Origin: a bacterium
Lineage (GTDB): Bacteria > UBA8248
Assembly: GCA_963692865.2 (NCBI GenBank)
Contig: OY843592.1
Location: 896,001-960,000, forward strand
Direction: 5' to 3'
DNA: 64,000 nt
Below, piece after piece: positions 32,216-41,609 of this stretch; position 1 is the stretch's first letter; each line of letters starts with the position of its first letter. Under the pieces are notes generated by a model. That model was given only the letters and a program-made list of their open reading frames with translations, did no database searches and was not told where the DNA came from. A program made the translations under genes and the position numbers.

Positions 32216-33421
32216 TTGAAATTTTCTTTTTTCATGATGCCGATTCACCACCCTTCAGAAAATCCATCGCTTGCCTATCAGCGTGACATCTCGCTCATCG
32301 AATATGCCGATGAACTCGACTTCGATGAATTCTATATCGGTGAGCACCATTCCGGTGGGTGGGAGACGATTCCGGCGCCCGAGATGGCTCTCGCCATGGC
32401 GGCGGCCAAGGCGAAGCGAATCCGTTTGGGCACTTCCGTGCTCAGCGTTCCTTTCCATCATCCGTTTCACCTGGCGGAGCGGATGGCGTTTTTGGACCAG
32501 CTCACCAGGGGGCGCGTCATTTTTGGGGTGGGGCCGAGCAATCTGGTGAGCGACATCAAGCTGTTCGACATCCCGCCCGGCGATCTGCGCCCGATGCTGA
32601 ACGAGTCGGTGGATATCATGGTCAGGCTCCTGGAATCGCCCGAACCTTTCGATTACGAGGGCCGGTTCTGGAAGTTGAGAAATGTGTGCCTGCAGGTACG
32701 CTCCTACCAAAAGCCCAGAATGCCGCTCGCCATCGCATCAGCGGGAAGCCGTGGGGCGATAGATATGGCCGCTCGATACGAGATGATTTTGCTCTCCTTC
32801 GGCGGCAAGAAAATCATGGATAACCTCGCACTCTCTGAGCAATGGCCCTATATGGAGGAATGTGCGCGAAAATACGGCACGCAAGTGTCGCGTGAGAACT
32901 GGAGAATTACCACGTACGTGCATCTTGCCGAAAGCCGCGAGAAAGCGTGGGCCGATATCGAAAAGTATGCCCTTCGAGACATGAACTACTTCATGGATAT
33001 CGGTTTGAAACCTGCCTATGAGTCGTATCCTGATCAGCCGCGCTCGGAGATCACACCGAAAACCGCCGCAGAGCAAAGGTACTGGATCGTGGGCACTCCG
33101 GATGACGCGATTGAAGTAATAGAGAAAATACAGGAGGAATCAGGCGGCTTCGGCGGCCTTATGCTCACGACGCATGAATGGGTGGGCGATCAGAAAATAA
33201 GAGACTCACTCGAGTTGTTTGCGCGATACGTGATGCCGCACTTCAGGGGGCATACCGAAGATCTCCAAAACGAGTGGCGAAGACTGCAAAAGGGCGTGGC
33301 GCAAGACGAGATGCCATCGCCAGGGGGAACGCCCTCATGGGAAACACCCGGGTTGGAAGGACACAGGAGCAATTTGTTCACTTATCCGCCGCAGAGCGGG
33401 GATTTCCCAAAAGAGAACTGA
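32216..33421 (+). CDS. LLM-class flavin-dependent monooxygenase (LimB-like)
   Basis: IGEHHSGGWE, IRLGT, LDQLTRGR..FGVG, LFARYVMPHF. Confidence 0.9.
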   Translation: MKFSFFMMPIHHPSENPSLAYQRDISLIEYADELDFDEFYIGEHHSGGWETIPAPEMALAMAAAKAKRIRLGTSVLSVPFHHPFHLAERMAFLDQLTRGRVIFGVGPSNLVSDIKLFDIPPGDLRPMLNESVDIMVRLLESPEPFDYEGRFWKLRNVCLQVRSYQKPRMPLAIASAGSRGAIDMAARYEMILLSFGGKKIMDNLALSEQWPYMEECARKYGTQVSRENWRITTYVHLAESREKAWADIEKYALRDMNYFMDIGLKPAYESYPDQPRSEITPKTAAEQRYWIVGTPDDAIEVIEKIQEESGGFGGLMLTTHEWVGDQKIRDSLELFARYVMPHFRGHTEDLQNEWRRLQKGVAQDEMPSPGGTPSWETPGLEGHRSNLFTYPPQSGDFPKEN

Positions 33422-33541
33422 TGGGAGAATAACGAGCGAGAGGGGAGGAAATCGCTCCAAATATAGTTGCGCGGTTGGCATTTTCTCCCTGTTGAACGTG
33501 GAAAAATTTAGAAATACGATGTCGGGAGGGAGGTGCTGAAC

Positions 33542-34459
33542 ATGGGCGTTACGTTTTTCCACGAAGCGGAGGACGCCAAAGATCCTTTGCTGATTATGGC
33601 GTTTTCCGGATGGAACGATGCGGCGGAATCCGCAACGGCGGCGGCGCGCTATCTTGCTCAAAACTTCCAGGGAAAACTGGTGGCGCGAATCCAGTCGGAT
33701 GATTTTTTCCAGTTTGCGGATCAGAGGCCGACCGTCAAACTTAGCGAATCCGGCGAACGGCAGATTACTTGGCCTACGAACGAATTTTTCTATTGCCGAA
33801 CGCCGGGTCTGTCGCGGGACCTTATTATCGGAGTCGGCTCCGAACCACATTTGAAATGGAAACATTTTAGCCGCGATGTCCTTGCGATAGGCAACCGCTT
33901 CGGTGCGCGGATGATCGTTACGATGGGGGCTTTGCTCGCGGGAGACTTACATACCCAACCCAGCCGCTTGATGGCCATCGCAACAGATCCGTCGTTGGTG
34001 GAACCCTCGGGCGTGGAGATAACGCGTTATGAAGGCCCTACGGGCATTGTGGGCGTCATCCATACGCTCATGCAGGATGAGGGTTTTCCGGCGGTCAGCT
34101 TGTGGGTGAACGTGCCCCATTACATCGCATCTCTCTCCAACCCGAAGGCTACGCGCGCGCTGTTGGATAAACTGAGCGCCTTGGGTGGTTTTGAAATTTC
34201 CCTGGAGGATTTTGACGTCGCCATCGATACGTTCGATGGACAAGTTGAAAAAATCATCGCCAAAGATCCTCGCATCGCAAAATATGTAGAGGATATACAA
34301 AAAGGCCAGATACCCGATGACATCCCAGGCCTTGATTTTGAAGATGCGTTCGATGGAGAACTCGAGGAAGATGAGGAAAAGTTGCCTCCCGGTTCCGAGG
34401 TGGCTGACGAAATAGAACGCTTGTTCCGGAGAAAACCCGACGGACCTGAGTCGGAATAG
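33542..34459 (+). CDS. PAC2 family protein
   Basis: AFSGWNDAAE, RP, EPHLKW, GALLA...HT, YEGPTGIVG, SLWVNVPHY, PKA; acidic tail. Confidence 0.88.
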   Translation: MGVTFFHEAEDAKDPLLIMAFSGWNDAAESATAAARYLAQNFQGKLVARIQSDDFFQFADQRPTVKLSESGERQITWPTNEFFYCRTPGLSRDLIIGVGSEPHLKWKHFSRDVLAIGNRFGARMIVTMGALLAGDLHTQPSRLMAIATDPSLVEPSGVEITRYEGPTGIVGVIHTLMQDEGFPAVSLWVNVPHYIASLSNPKATRALLDKLSALGGFEISLEDFDVAIDTFDGQVEKIIAKDPRIAKYVEDIQKGQIPDDIPGLDFEDAFDGELEEDEEKLPPGSEVADEIERLFRRKPDGPESE

Positions 34460-34542
34460 GCGATTGACGACTGTTTCTTTGTAACCATGCGAGTCGATTT
34501 TTCATATCGAAAACATGAGTTTTCCAAAAGCGGAGGTTTGTA

Positions 34543-36873
34543 ATGTCGGAGCGTTTTTACCAGGAGATGTTCGGCGGACCCGATGATGACGGGGACTTCA
34601 TCGGCGCCGACATGCCAAGGGTGGATGGTCCTCCCAAGGCGGATGGTTCACCCGTATTCGCTGCGGATCACAAACTTATCAATCCGCTGTACGTCGTTCC
34701 TGTGCCGGCTCCCATCCCTTGTGGAACTCTGGAGCGAGTCGATACGACGGAGGCGGAAAATGCGCCGGGCGTCGCCTGTGTCCTGACCGCCAAGGACATT
34801 CCCGGCCAGAAACTCTACGGGATGATCATCCCCGACCAGCCGGCTTTTGTCGATAAGCGCATCTATTCGCTTCAAGACGTCGTGGCCGTTGTAGCGGCGG
34901 ATACGCTGGAGCAGGCGGAGTTCGCGGCCGGTCTGGTGAAAATGAAGACAAAGGCGCTCCCGGCCGTTTTTGAAACACAAGACGCCTTGAAGGATGACGC
35001 CCCCATCGTGCAGCCGGAACATCCGGTGGCCAAAGGCAATGTGCTTACCCACTTGAAGATCCGAAAGGGAGACGTTGAAAAAGGCTTCGCCGAAGCGGAT
35101 GTGGTGCTGGAAAATACCTACGAAACGCAGTTCATCGATCACGCTTACCTCGAACCCGATGCGGGTTATGTGGTTCCCAATCCCGATGGCTCAATTACCT
35201 GCACCGGGCCCACCCAGTGCCCGCATATGGTGAGGCGCGTTATTGCGCCGGTTCTGGGGTTGGGGCAGAACGAAATCCAGTTCATCTCCACGCCGCCGGG
35301 CGGCGGTTTCGGCGGAAAGGAGGAAACCTCCATCGAAATCGCCATGCGGGCGGGCCTGGTCGCGCTCAAAACCCGTCGCCCCGCCATCTATAACTACACG
35401 AGGGAAGAATCCCTGGGCGGCAAGGCGAAAAGAGTGCCCGCCGTAATCCGGCATAAGATCGGCGCCAGGAATGACGGCAAAATCACCGCCATGCGCATCG
35501 ACATTTATCTGAACAAGGGTCCATACGCCGCGGTAGGGCCCGGCATCATCAAAAAACTCATCATTCATTCCTCCGGCGCTTATGAATGCGACAACGTCTG
35601 GGCCGATGGTTACCTCGTTCTGACGAACAACATCAACACTTGCGCGATGCGGGGTTTGGGCGTTCCCCAGGTGCACTTCGCGATCGAAAGCCAGATGGAC
35701 GAGTTGGCCCTCTCGCTTGAAATGGATCCCTTCGAACTGAGGCGATTGAACGGCTACAAAGTCGGCTCCTCCACCGCAACCCGCCAGATGCTGGATCAGA
35801 GCGTCGGGTACATGGATTGTCTCGACCAAGCGGAGAAGGCGCTCGGCCCGCATCCGCGGGAAAGCGCGAACGGCGACGGCCTTCTGTATGGCCGCGGCAT
35901 GGCGGGGTTTTGGTATTCCACGGGCGCGGCATCGCCCTCGGATTCCTGTGGCGCGCAGATTCATGTAACCGATGACGGGAAGGTGCAGGTGGGTGTCGGC
36001 ATCATCGAACTCGGGCAGGGCTCCCACACCGTGCTCGCCCAGATTGCGGCCGAAGCGATGGGCGTTCGTTTTGAGGATGTGCGCATCATGCAAGTGGATA
36101 CGGATGCCGTTCCGGAGAGTGGCTTTACGGCGGGTTCACGTTCCACCACCATTCCCGGCAATGCGATATGCGAAGCCATCGCGGAAGTTCGGGGAATTCT
36201 GGCTCCGGTGGCGGGGGAGATGCTCGAAGGGCCGGTCGAAGACGTGGCCTTCAAGGGTGGGCGGGTTTTCATCAAGAGCGCGCCCGAACGTTCCATCTCG
36301 TTTGGGGAGGTGGTCTCACAGGCGCTTTTGGTCGGCGAGCAGATTACGGGCCAGGGCTGGTTCAGCACCGGTCCTCTGACGTTCAACCCCGAAACCGGAG
36401 AGGGCAGGCCTTTCATGGTGTACAGCTATGGCGTACAGGTGGCGGACGTGGCGGTCGACCCGGATACGGGAGAAGTTTGGGTGAAGCGCATGGTCGCCGC
36501 CCATGACGTGGGGCGGGCCATCAACCCGCAAGGGGTAATCGGGCAGATACAGGGAGGCATCGAGATGGGTCTCGGGCAGGCCCTGATTGAGGAAATCGAC
36601 GTGCATGACGGTCGCGTGCTCACACCGGATCTGGCGCGATACGAGATTCCCGTATCGATGGATACGCCCGAGTTCACGACCATCATCGTGGAAGAAGCCA
36701 ATGCCACCGGCCCCTACGGCGCCAAGGGCGTGGGAGAGAGTTCTCTGGTGCCCACGTTGGCCGCGATTTCCAATGCCGTGCGTGATGCCGTCGGTCATCG
36801 ATTCACCAAGTTGCCCATCACGCCGGAGAGCGTCGCCATGGCCATTCACAAAGAAGGCATCTTGGCAGGGTAG
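34543..36873 (+). CDS. Xanthine dehydrogenase-family molybdopterin-binding subunit
   Basis: HAYLEP, GGGFGGK, MRGLG.PQ, GQGSHT, DVGRAINP, GQIQGG, AKGVGE. Confidence 0.93.
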   Translation: MSERFYQEMFGGPDDDGDFIGADMPRVDGPPKADGSPVFAADHKLINPLYVVPVPAPIPCGTLERVDTTEAENAPGVACVLTAKDIPGQKLYGMIIPDQPAFVDKRIYSLQDVVAVVAADTLEQAEFAAGLVKMKTKALPAVFETQDALKDDAPIVQPEHPVAKGNVLTHLKIRKGDVEKGFAEADVVLENTYETQFIDHAYLEPDAGYVVPNPDGSITCTGPTQCPHMVRRVIAPVLGLGQNEIQFISTPPGGGFGGKEETSIEIAMRAGLVALKTRRPAIYNYTREESLGGKAKRVPAVIRHKIGARNDGKITAMRIDIYLNKGPYAAVGPGIIKKLIIHSSGAYECDNVWADGYLVLTNNINTCAMRGLGVPQVHFAIESQMDELALSLEMDPFELRRLNGYKVGSSTATRQMLDQSVGYMDCLDQAEKALGPHPRESANGDGLLYGRGMAGFWYSTGAASPSDSCGAQIHVTDDGKVQVGVGIIELGQGSHTVLAQIAAEAMGVRFEDVRIMQVDTDAVPESGFTAGSRSTTIPGNAICEAIAEVRGILAPVAGEMLEGPVEDVAFKGGRVFIKSAPERSISFGEVVSQALLVGEQITGQGWFSTGPLTFNPETGEGRPFMVYSYGVQVADVAVDPDTGEVWVKRMVAAHDVGRAINPQGVIGQIQGGIEMGLGQALIEEIDVHDGRVLTPDLARYEIPVSMDTPEFTTIIVEEANATGPYGAKGVGESSLVPTLAAISNAVRDAVGHRFTKLPITPESVAMAIHKEGILAG

Positions 36874-36890
36874 CCAAAAAGGAAGATTGA

Positions 36891-36930
36891 ACAAACCGGG
36901 CAAATGGACTCCGTGCCCGGTTTTGTTTTG
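36891..36930 (+). terminator. Hairpin plus T tract after the Mo-subunit gene
   Basis: AAACCGGGCA...TGCCCGGTTT followed by TGTTTTG. Confidence 0.5.
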
Positions 36931-36980
36931 CTCTAGATGCGCATAAATGGCGTGATTTCGACCAAAAAGAGGGGCGCGCG

Positions 36981-38048
36981 ATGCGGGCCTTCGTGATGGC
37001 GGCGGGGTATGGAAAAAGATTGGGAGCGCTGGGAGAAGAAATTCCCAAACCTCTCTTGCCCTTGGGCGGAGTGCCGCTTATCGGGTTTGCGTTGGAGAAA
37101 TTGGCTGCTGTAGGCGTGAGAGAGGTTGCGGTCAATTTACACCATGGCGCGGAGAAAATTCGCTCTGCTTTGGGAAATTATGCGTATGGCGTCCAGATTC
37201 ACTATTTTCATGAGCAGGAGATTTTGGGCACCGCAGGCGGAATCAAGAATGCGGAGGCGTTTTTGTGCGAGAAAAGCGAGCCTTTTTTCGTCATCAACGC
37301 GGATGCGCCTTGTGGCGCGGATTTGAAAACGGCACTGGCCCATCACCAAAAGGGCGGTTTTCTCGTCACCCTCATTCTCAGGCGCTCGCCCGAGGCTGAA
37401 AAATACGGTGTGCTCGAGTTCGATGAGGAGGGGCGTTTGCGAAAATTCCTGGGCGCGAGCGCTCCCGGAAGTCCACGTGGCGGGTCGTGTCAGGCGATGT
37501 TCACCGGGTTGAGCGTCATGTCTCCTGAAATGTTGAGTCATATCCCGGCCGGAGCGGCGTCGGACATTTCGTCGCAGATTTATCCCGGGTTGATGAGGAA
37601 AGGCGCGCGGATCGGAGCGGTTTCGAGTGGTTCCTACTGGATGGACGCCGGCTCTCCGGCCCGGTATCTGCAGGCGAACGTAGATATCATGTCCGGTGCG
37701 TTTGCGCCCGGTTTCAGTTGGCCGCAAAACGGGTTTTTGTTGATTGAAGGCCCCTCCATGAAGTGGGGGGAGGGAAGCATCGAGCCGCCCGTCCTGCTAG
37801 GTCCCGACGTCGTGATCCGCAAGAATGCGAAAGCGGGCCCCTTCACTGCAGTCATGGCGGGTGCTACCCTTGGGGATAACGCTGCGGCGCGGGAATCCAT
37901 CGTCTTTTCGGACGGAATGATAGATGAGAATTCCGTATTGAAAAGGTGTATCGTAGGAGAGAACGCCAGGGCTTCATGCGGCGGCGGTGAGGTTTGCGAA
38001 ACGGTGTTTCTGCGCAACAATGAACAGTCGAATTTTCATGACGCATGA
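36981..38048 (+). CDS. NDP-sugar pyrophosphorylase family nucleotidyltransferase
   Basis: MAAGYGKRL...PKPL, ILGTAGGIK, WMDAG; C-terminal left-handed beta-helix-like repeats. Confidence 0.88.
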   Translation: MRAFVMAAGYGKRLGALGEEIPKPLLPLGGVPLIGFALEKLAAVGVREVAVNLHHGAEKIRSALGNYAYGVQIHYFHEQEILGTAGGIKNAEAFLCEKSEPFFVINADAPCGADLKTALAHHQKGGFLVTLILRRSPEAEKYGVLEFDEEGRLRKFLGASAPGSPRGGSCQAMFTGLSVMSPEMLSHIPAGAASDISSQIYPGLMRKGARIGAVSSGSYWMDAGSPARYLQANVDIMSGAFAPGFSWPQNGFLLIEGPSMKWGEGSIEPPVLLGPDVVIRKNAKAGPFTAVMAGATLGDNAAARESIVFSDGMIDENSVLKRCIVGENARASCGGGEVCETVFLRNNEQSNFHDA

Positions 38049-38079
38049 ATCGATAAAATTGCATCGCGCGAAGGAGTGG

Positions 38080-39690
38080 ATGTTGAAGGAACCGACTACC
38101 AGGACATCGCTGGCCGCAGGACGTTCTCCCGTATTCGCCACGGGAGGCCTGGTGGCCACCAGCCAGCCCCTGGCCGCCGAGGCGGGTCTCCAAATCCTCA
38201 AAGAAGGCGGAAACGCCATGGACGCGGCAATCGCGGCGGCGGCGGCGTTGAATGTCGTGGAGCCGCAGTCCACAGGCGTTGGCGGGGATATGTTCATGCT
38301 CTATTGGGACGCCGGTTCGAAGGAGCTTCTGGGCTTGAACGGCAGCGGAAAGAGTCCGGCCAAGGCGGCGCTCCCGCGCTACCGGGAATTTTCCTCCATG
38401 CCGGAGACGGGAATTTATTCTTGCACCCTCCCCGGCGCCGTGGATGGCTGGTTCGCCGCCCACGAGCGATGCGGCAGCGGCAAGAAGAAGATGCCGGAGC
38501 TCCTGCGGCCTGCGATTCGATATGCCGAAGACGGCTTTCCCCTCTCCCCCATCATCGCCCGCGCGTGGGCGAACCAGACGGAAAAGCTGAAGAAATGCGC
38601 ATACTCGAGGCGAACCTATCTGCCGGCCGGGCGCCCGCCGAAGATCGGAGAGAGATTCCGGAACCCGAAGCTGGGCGAGTCCTTGCGGGCGATAGCCGCC
38701 GGCGGGCGTGAGGCGTTCTACGAAGGCCCGATAGCCGAGGAGATAGTCCGCTGCACGAAGGAAATCGGGGGTTTGTTCGAGTTGGAAGATTTCGCCGCCG
38801 TGAAATGCGAATGGGTGGAGCCGATACGCGCAAACTACCGCGGCCATGAACTTTGCGAGATACCGCCCTCGGGGCAGGGCGTCACGGCGCTGGTATGCCT
38901 GAACCTCATCGACGCGTACCCTCTGGCGGAGATGAGCTACGGCTCGGCCGAGCATCTCCACGTCGTGATCGAGGCGATGAAACTCGCCTTTGCGGACAGG
39001 GATCGCTACGTCGCGGATATGGCCAAGGCGGACGTGCCTCTCACGGGGCTTCTATCCCCGGGATATGCCGATGAGCGGCGAAAGCTCATCGATGAGAAGA
39101 AAGCCGGCAGTCCGGGCGCCGGAATTCCGGCAGCCTGGAACGACACGATTTACCTCACCACGGCGGATTCCCGCGGCAACATGTGCTCGTTCATCAACAG
39201 CCTGTTCCATCATTTCGGCTCGGGCGTCACCGGGGGCGAGACGGGCATCATGCTCCAGAACCGGGGGAGCGGCTTCGTGCTGGATGAGGGCCACCCGAAC
39301 TGCATCGCGCCCGGAAAGCGGCCCCTGCACACCATCATTCCCGGTTTCGTGATGAAGGACGGGGAGCCCTGGATGAGTTTCGGCGTCATGGGAGGCGACA
39401 TGCAGCCGCAGGGCCACGTGCAGGTGCTCTCGAACATGGTGGATTTCGGCATGGACGTCCAGGAGGCCATCGAGGCGCCGCGGTTCCGCGTTCTGGGCGG
39501 TCGCGCGGTGGCGATAGAGAGCGGCGTGCCGGAAGACGTGCTCCGTGAGCTGGAGTCGCGCGGCCACGATGTCCGCCGCGCGGGCGGCTACGAGGGATTC
39601 GGCGGCGGACAGGGGATCGTCCGGCTCGATGACGGCGTGTTCATGGGTGGTTCCGACCACCGGAGGGACGGCTGCGCGGCCGGTTTCTAG
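38080..39690 (+). CDS. ggt: Gamma-glutamyltransferase
   Basis: GGNAMDAA, GVGGDMF, DT nucleophile (NDTIYL), LQNRG, PGKRPLHTIIP, GVMGG..QPQG, SD.RRDG. Confidence 0.95.
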   Translation: MLKEPTTRTSLAAGRSPVFATGGLVATSQPLAAEAGLQILKEGGNAMDAAIAAAAALNVVEPQSTGVGGDMFMLYWDAGSKELLGLNGSGKSPAKAALPRYREFSSMPETGIYSCTLPGAVDGWFAAHERCGSGKKKMPELLRPAIRYAEDGFPLSPIIARAWANQTEKLKKCAYSRRTYLPAGRPPKIGERFRNPKLGESLRAIAAGGREAFYEGPIAEEIVRCTKEIGGLFELEDFAAVKCEWVEPIRANYRGHELCEIPPSGQGVTALVCLNLIDAYPLAEMSYGSAEHLHVVIEAMKLAFADRDRYVADMAKADVPLTGLLSPGYADERRKLIDEKKAGSPGAGIPAAWNDTIYLTTADSRGNMCSFINSLFHHFGSGVTGGETGIMLQNRGSGFVLDEGHPNCIAPGKRPLHTIIPGFVMKDGEPWMSFGVMGGDMQPQGHVQVLSNMVDFGMDVQEAIEAPRFRVLGGRAVAIESGVPEDVLRELESRGHDVRRAGGYEGFGGGQGIVRLDDGVFMGGSDHRRDGCAAGF

Positions 39691-39745
39691 TCGTTCCGTA
39701 GAACCGGGTCGGTCCGGGGTTGGCGGCGTCGAGGGGCTTTTCGCC

Positions 39746-40594
39746 ATGAAGCGTTTGCTGGTGCTGATTCTCATTGCAGGCCCTTTCCTGGCCGCTCAAC
39801 CGGCGGTTTCCGCGTCGGATTGCCCCCTCAAAGGCCGCCCCGCGGGCGCCGGCCGCTGGACGCGGCTGGGGTCTCCGCCGCTGGATACGCGCGACGTCCG
39901 GATCCGCTTCGAGAACGGCGCGACCGCGCGCATGAAGGCGGTCCGGCTCGCGCCGCGCGAGTTTGATATCCGCCTCCACTGGCGCGACAGGTCGGAATGG
40001 TTCCTGCCGGTCGACTTGCGGGTTCTCGGCGGGAAGCTGGGCGCCGCCGTGGTTTTGAACGCCGGTTATTACGACGGGAAGGGCCGTCCCCTGGGGTATT
40101 TCCGCTCGGGCGGCACGGTGTTCAACAGCCGCGTGCTGCACCGCGGACGCAGTACCTTCCTGCACTACGGGGCGCTCTTCACGGTGGGGCGGGAAGACGG
40201 GCGGCCCCGAATCGTCTCCCGCGGGAAGTTCGAGGATGCGGGCGTCGGCGAAGCCTTTCAGGCGGGGCCTCTCCTCGTGAAGGACGGGCGGCCGGTCCGG
40301 GGGCTGTCCCGGTACCGGGAGTACCTGCGCGCCACGAGGCGGACGGTGGTCGGCCTGGACGCCGGGGAGCGGCTCGTCGTCCTGGTGAGCGAGGCCGAGA
40401 CGCGCGGCGTCTCCTGGTGCGAGCTGCAGGCGTTTCTCGTTCTGCCCGAATCGAGGGGCGGCCTCGGCGTCCGCGACGCCATGAACCTGGACGGCGGGGC
40501 GAGTTCGCAGTTGTGGGTGCGCGGCGGAATCGAGGTTCCCGGCCGTCCCGCGCCGACGTATTTAATCGCCTCGCCGAGGTCGAAAACCAGATAA
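39746..40594 (+). CDS. Phosphodiester glycosidase (NAGPA/DUF2233) family exported protein
   Basis: Signal peptide; NAGYY, QAGPLLV, RTVVG, AMNLDGGASS. Confidence 0.85.
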   Translation: MKRLLVLILIAGPFLAAQPAVSASDCPLKGRPAGAGRWTRLGSPPLDTRDVRIRFENGATARMKAVRLAPREFDIRLHWRDRSEWFLPVDLRVLGGKLGAAVVLNAGYYDGKGRPLGYFRSGGTVFNSRVLHRGRSTFLHYGALFTVGREDGRPRIVSRGKFEDAGVGEAFQAGPLLVKDGRPVRGLSRYREYLRATRRTVVGLDAGERLVVLVSEAETRGVSWCELQAFLVLPESRGGLGVRDAMNLDGGASSQLWVRGGIEVPGRPAPTYLIASPRSKTR

Positions 40595-40875
40595 CTCCAT
40601 ATTTATCAATCAGATAATCTTTCAGGAATTTATCGAAAAACGTCGTGAATTTATCCGAATTTATACAATTTTTCAGGAATTCGAAGCGGGGCGTTTTCGT
40701 TCCGCCTGCCGGACGCGCCGTCGTTCCGGCGTCCCCGTGAGCGTCGCGTTTTCCCGTCTTGCCCGAGCGCATGAAAATTCCTCCTCGCGGCGGATTCTGC
40801 CGCATCCCGGCGGGAGCGCGATGACGGCAAATGCGCGGAAATGCGGACGCGCCGGATTTTGCAGGGGCGGCGTAC

Positions 40876-41117
40876 GGGGCTGTTGAAAACCCTATGTATC
40901 CCCCGGTCGGCGACGTGATGATCCCGTAGCAGGACAACCCTTTGGGGTTGTCCGAGGCCTCCGTGCCTGTCCTGCTACGCAAAACGTGATGGTATTGTAG
41001 GTCAGACATAGATGTCTGACATATTATGCGGCCCGCGTGCCCCTAACGGGGAGGGTCGCATGTATGCGACCCCTACACACAAACACATTTTTCCTCTCCG
41101 ACTTTTTCAACAAGCCC
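40876..41117. mobile_element. TIR-bounded composite repeat, copy D (REP-packed)
   Basis: GGGGCTGTTGAAAA / TTTTTCAACAAGCCC; interior has three different GTAG-type palindromes. Confidence 0.75.
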
Positions 41118-41169
41118 TCAATGGGGGGTAGGGGGGGTGGTTTTCGGGCGAAAGGCTGTTTTCCGGCGT

Positions 41170-41489
41170 CCCTCGATACGGCCCTTGCGGGCCTGCTCGG
41201 GCGGGGCGGGGATTGCCCCCGCGCATGGTTCCGCCCGTCGCGCCGGAACCCTCTCGTCCGGCATCCCGCAGGGGCGGTTCGCGAACCGCCCTCCTTCCCG
41301 AACGGGGGAAAATCCCGGCCTTAAGGCGAAATATCGGCGGCTTATCCTGCAATAGACGGGGCAAATCCAATCGATAAGGACGTGTCGAAAAACCCCCGCG
41401 CGCGACCCCTGCAAACCGCCAACGCCTCTTGCCTCACCCTGCTTAGCCGCGATCGAAGGGGACGCTCCCTTCGACGGGCTCGGGACGAC
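41170..41489. repeat. Degenerate repeat debris (half CTCAYCCTGAG modules, GCAG REP)
   Basis: 41170-41207 matches 49082-49118; GCAGGGGCGGTTCGCGAACCGCCCT at 41268-41292; 41411-41441 matches the reverse complement of about 23993-24022. Confidence 0.65.
41314..41357 (+). repeat. Direct repeat, copy 1 (about 40 bp)
   Basis: CCCGGCCTTAAGGCGAAATATCGGCGGCTTATCCTGCAAT(AGAC). Confidence 0.9.
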
Positions 41490-41609
41490 ACATAACATGA
41501 CGACCGACCAAAGCCTTGCCCTTCCCCGTCCATTTCCATTACACTTCATGTGCTTCGAGTGCTTCATGCCGGATGAAAATCAGTTTCGCCGCTAAGTGGA
41601 AGCCCGCTC

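Noticed and set aside
29600-38050. Somewhat lower GC in the cyclophilin-typA-PAC2 block as a genomic island
   Set aside because: Contains housekeeping genes with no mobility genes or boundary repeats; the shift was judged by eye only
40592-40685. oriC or dif site
   Set aside because: No perfect DnaA boxes (TTATNCACA) or XerC/D consensus, and no dnaA/gidA context
40876-41500. Possible CRISPR array in the repeat-dense region
   Set aside because: No identical direct repeats at regular spacing and no cas genes
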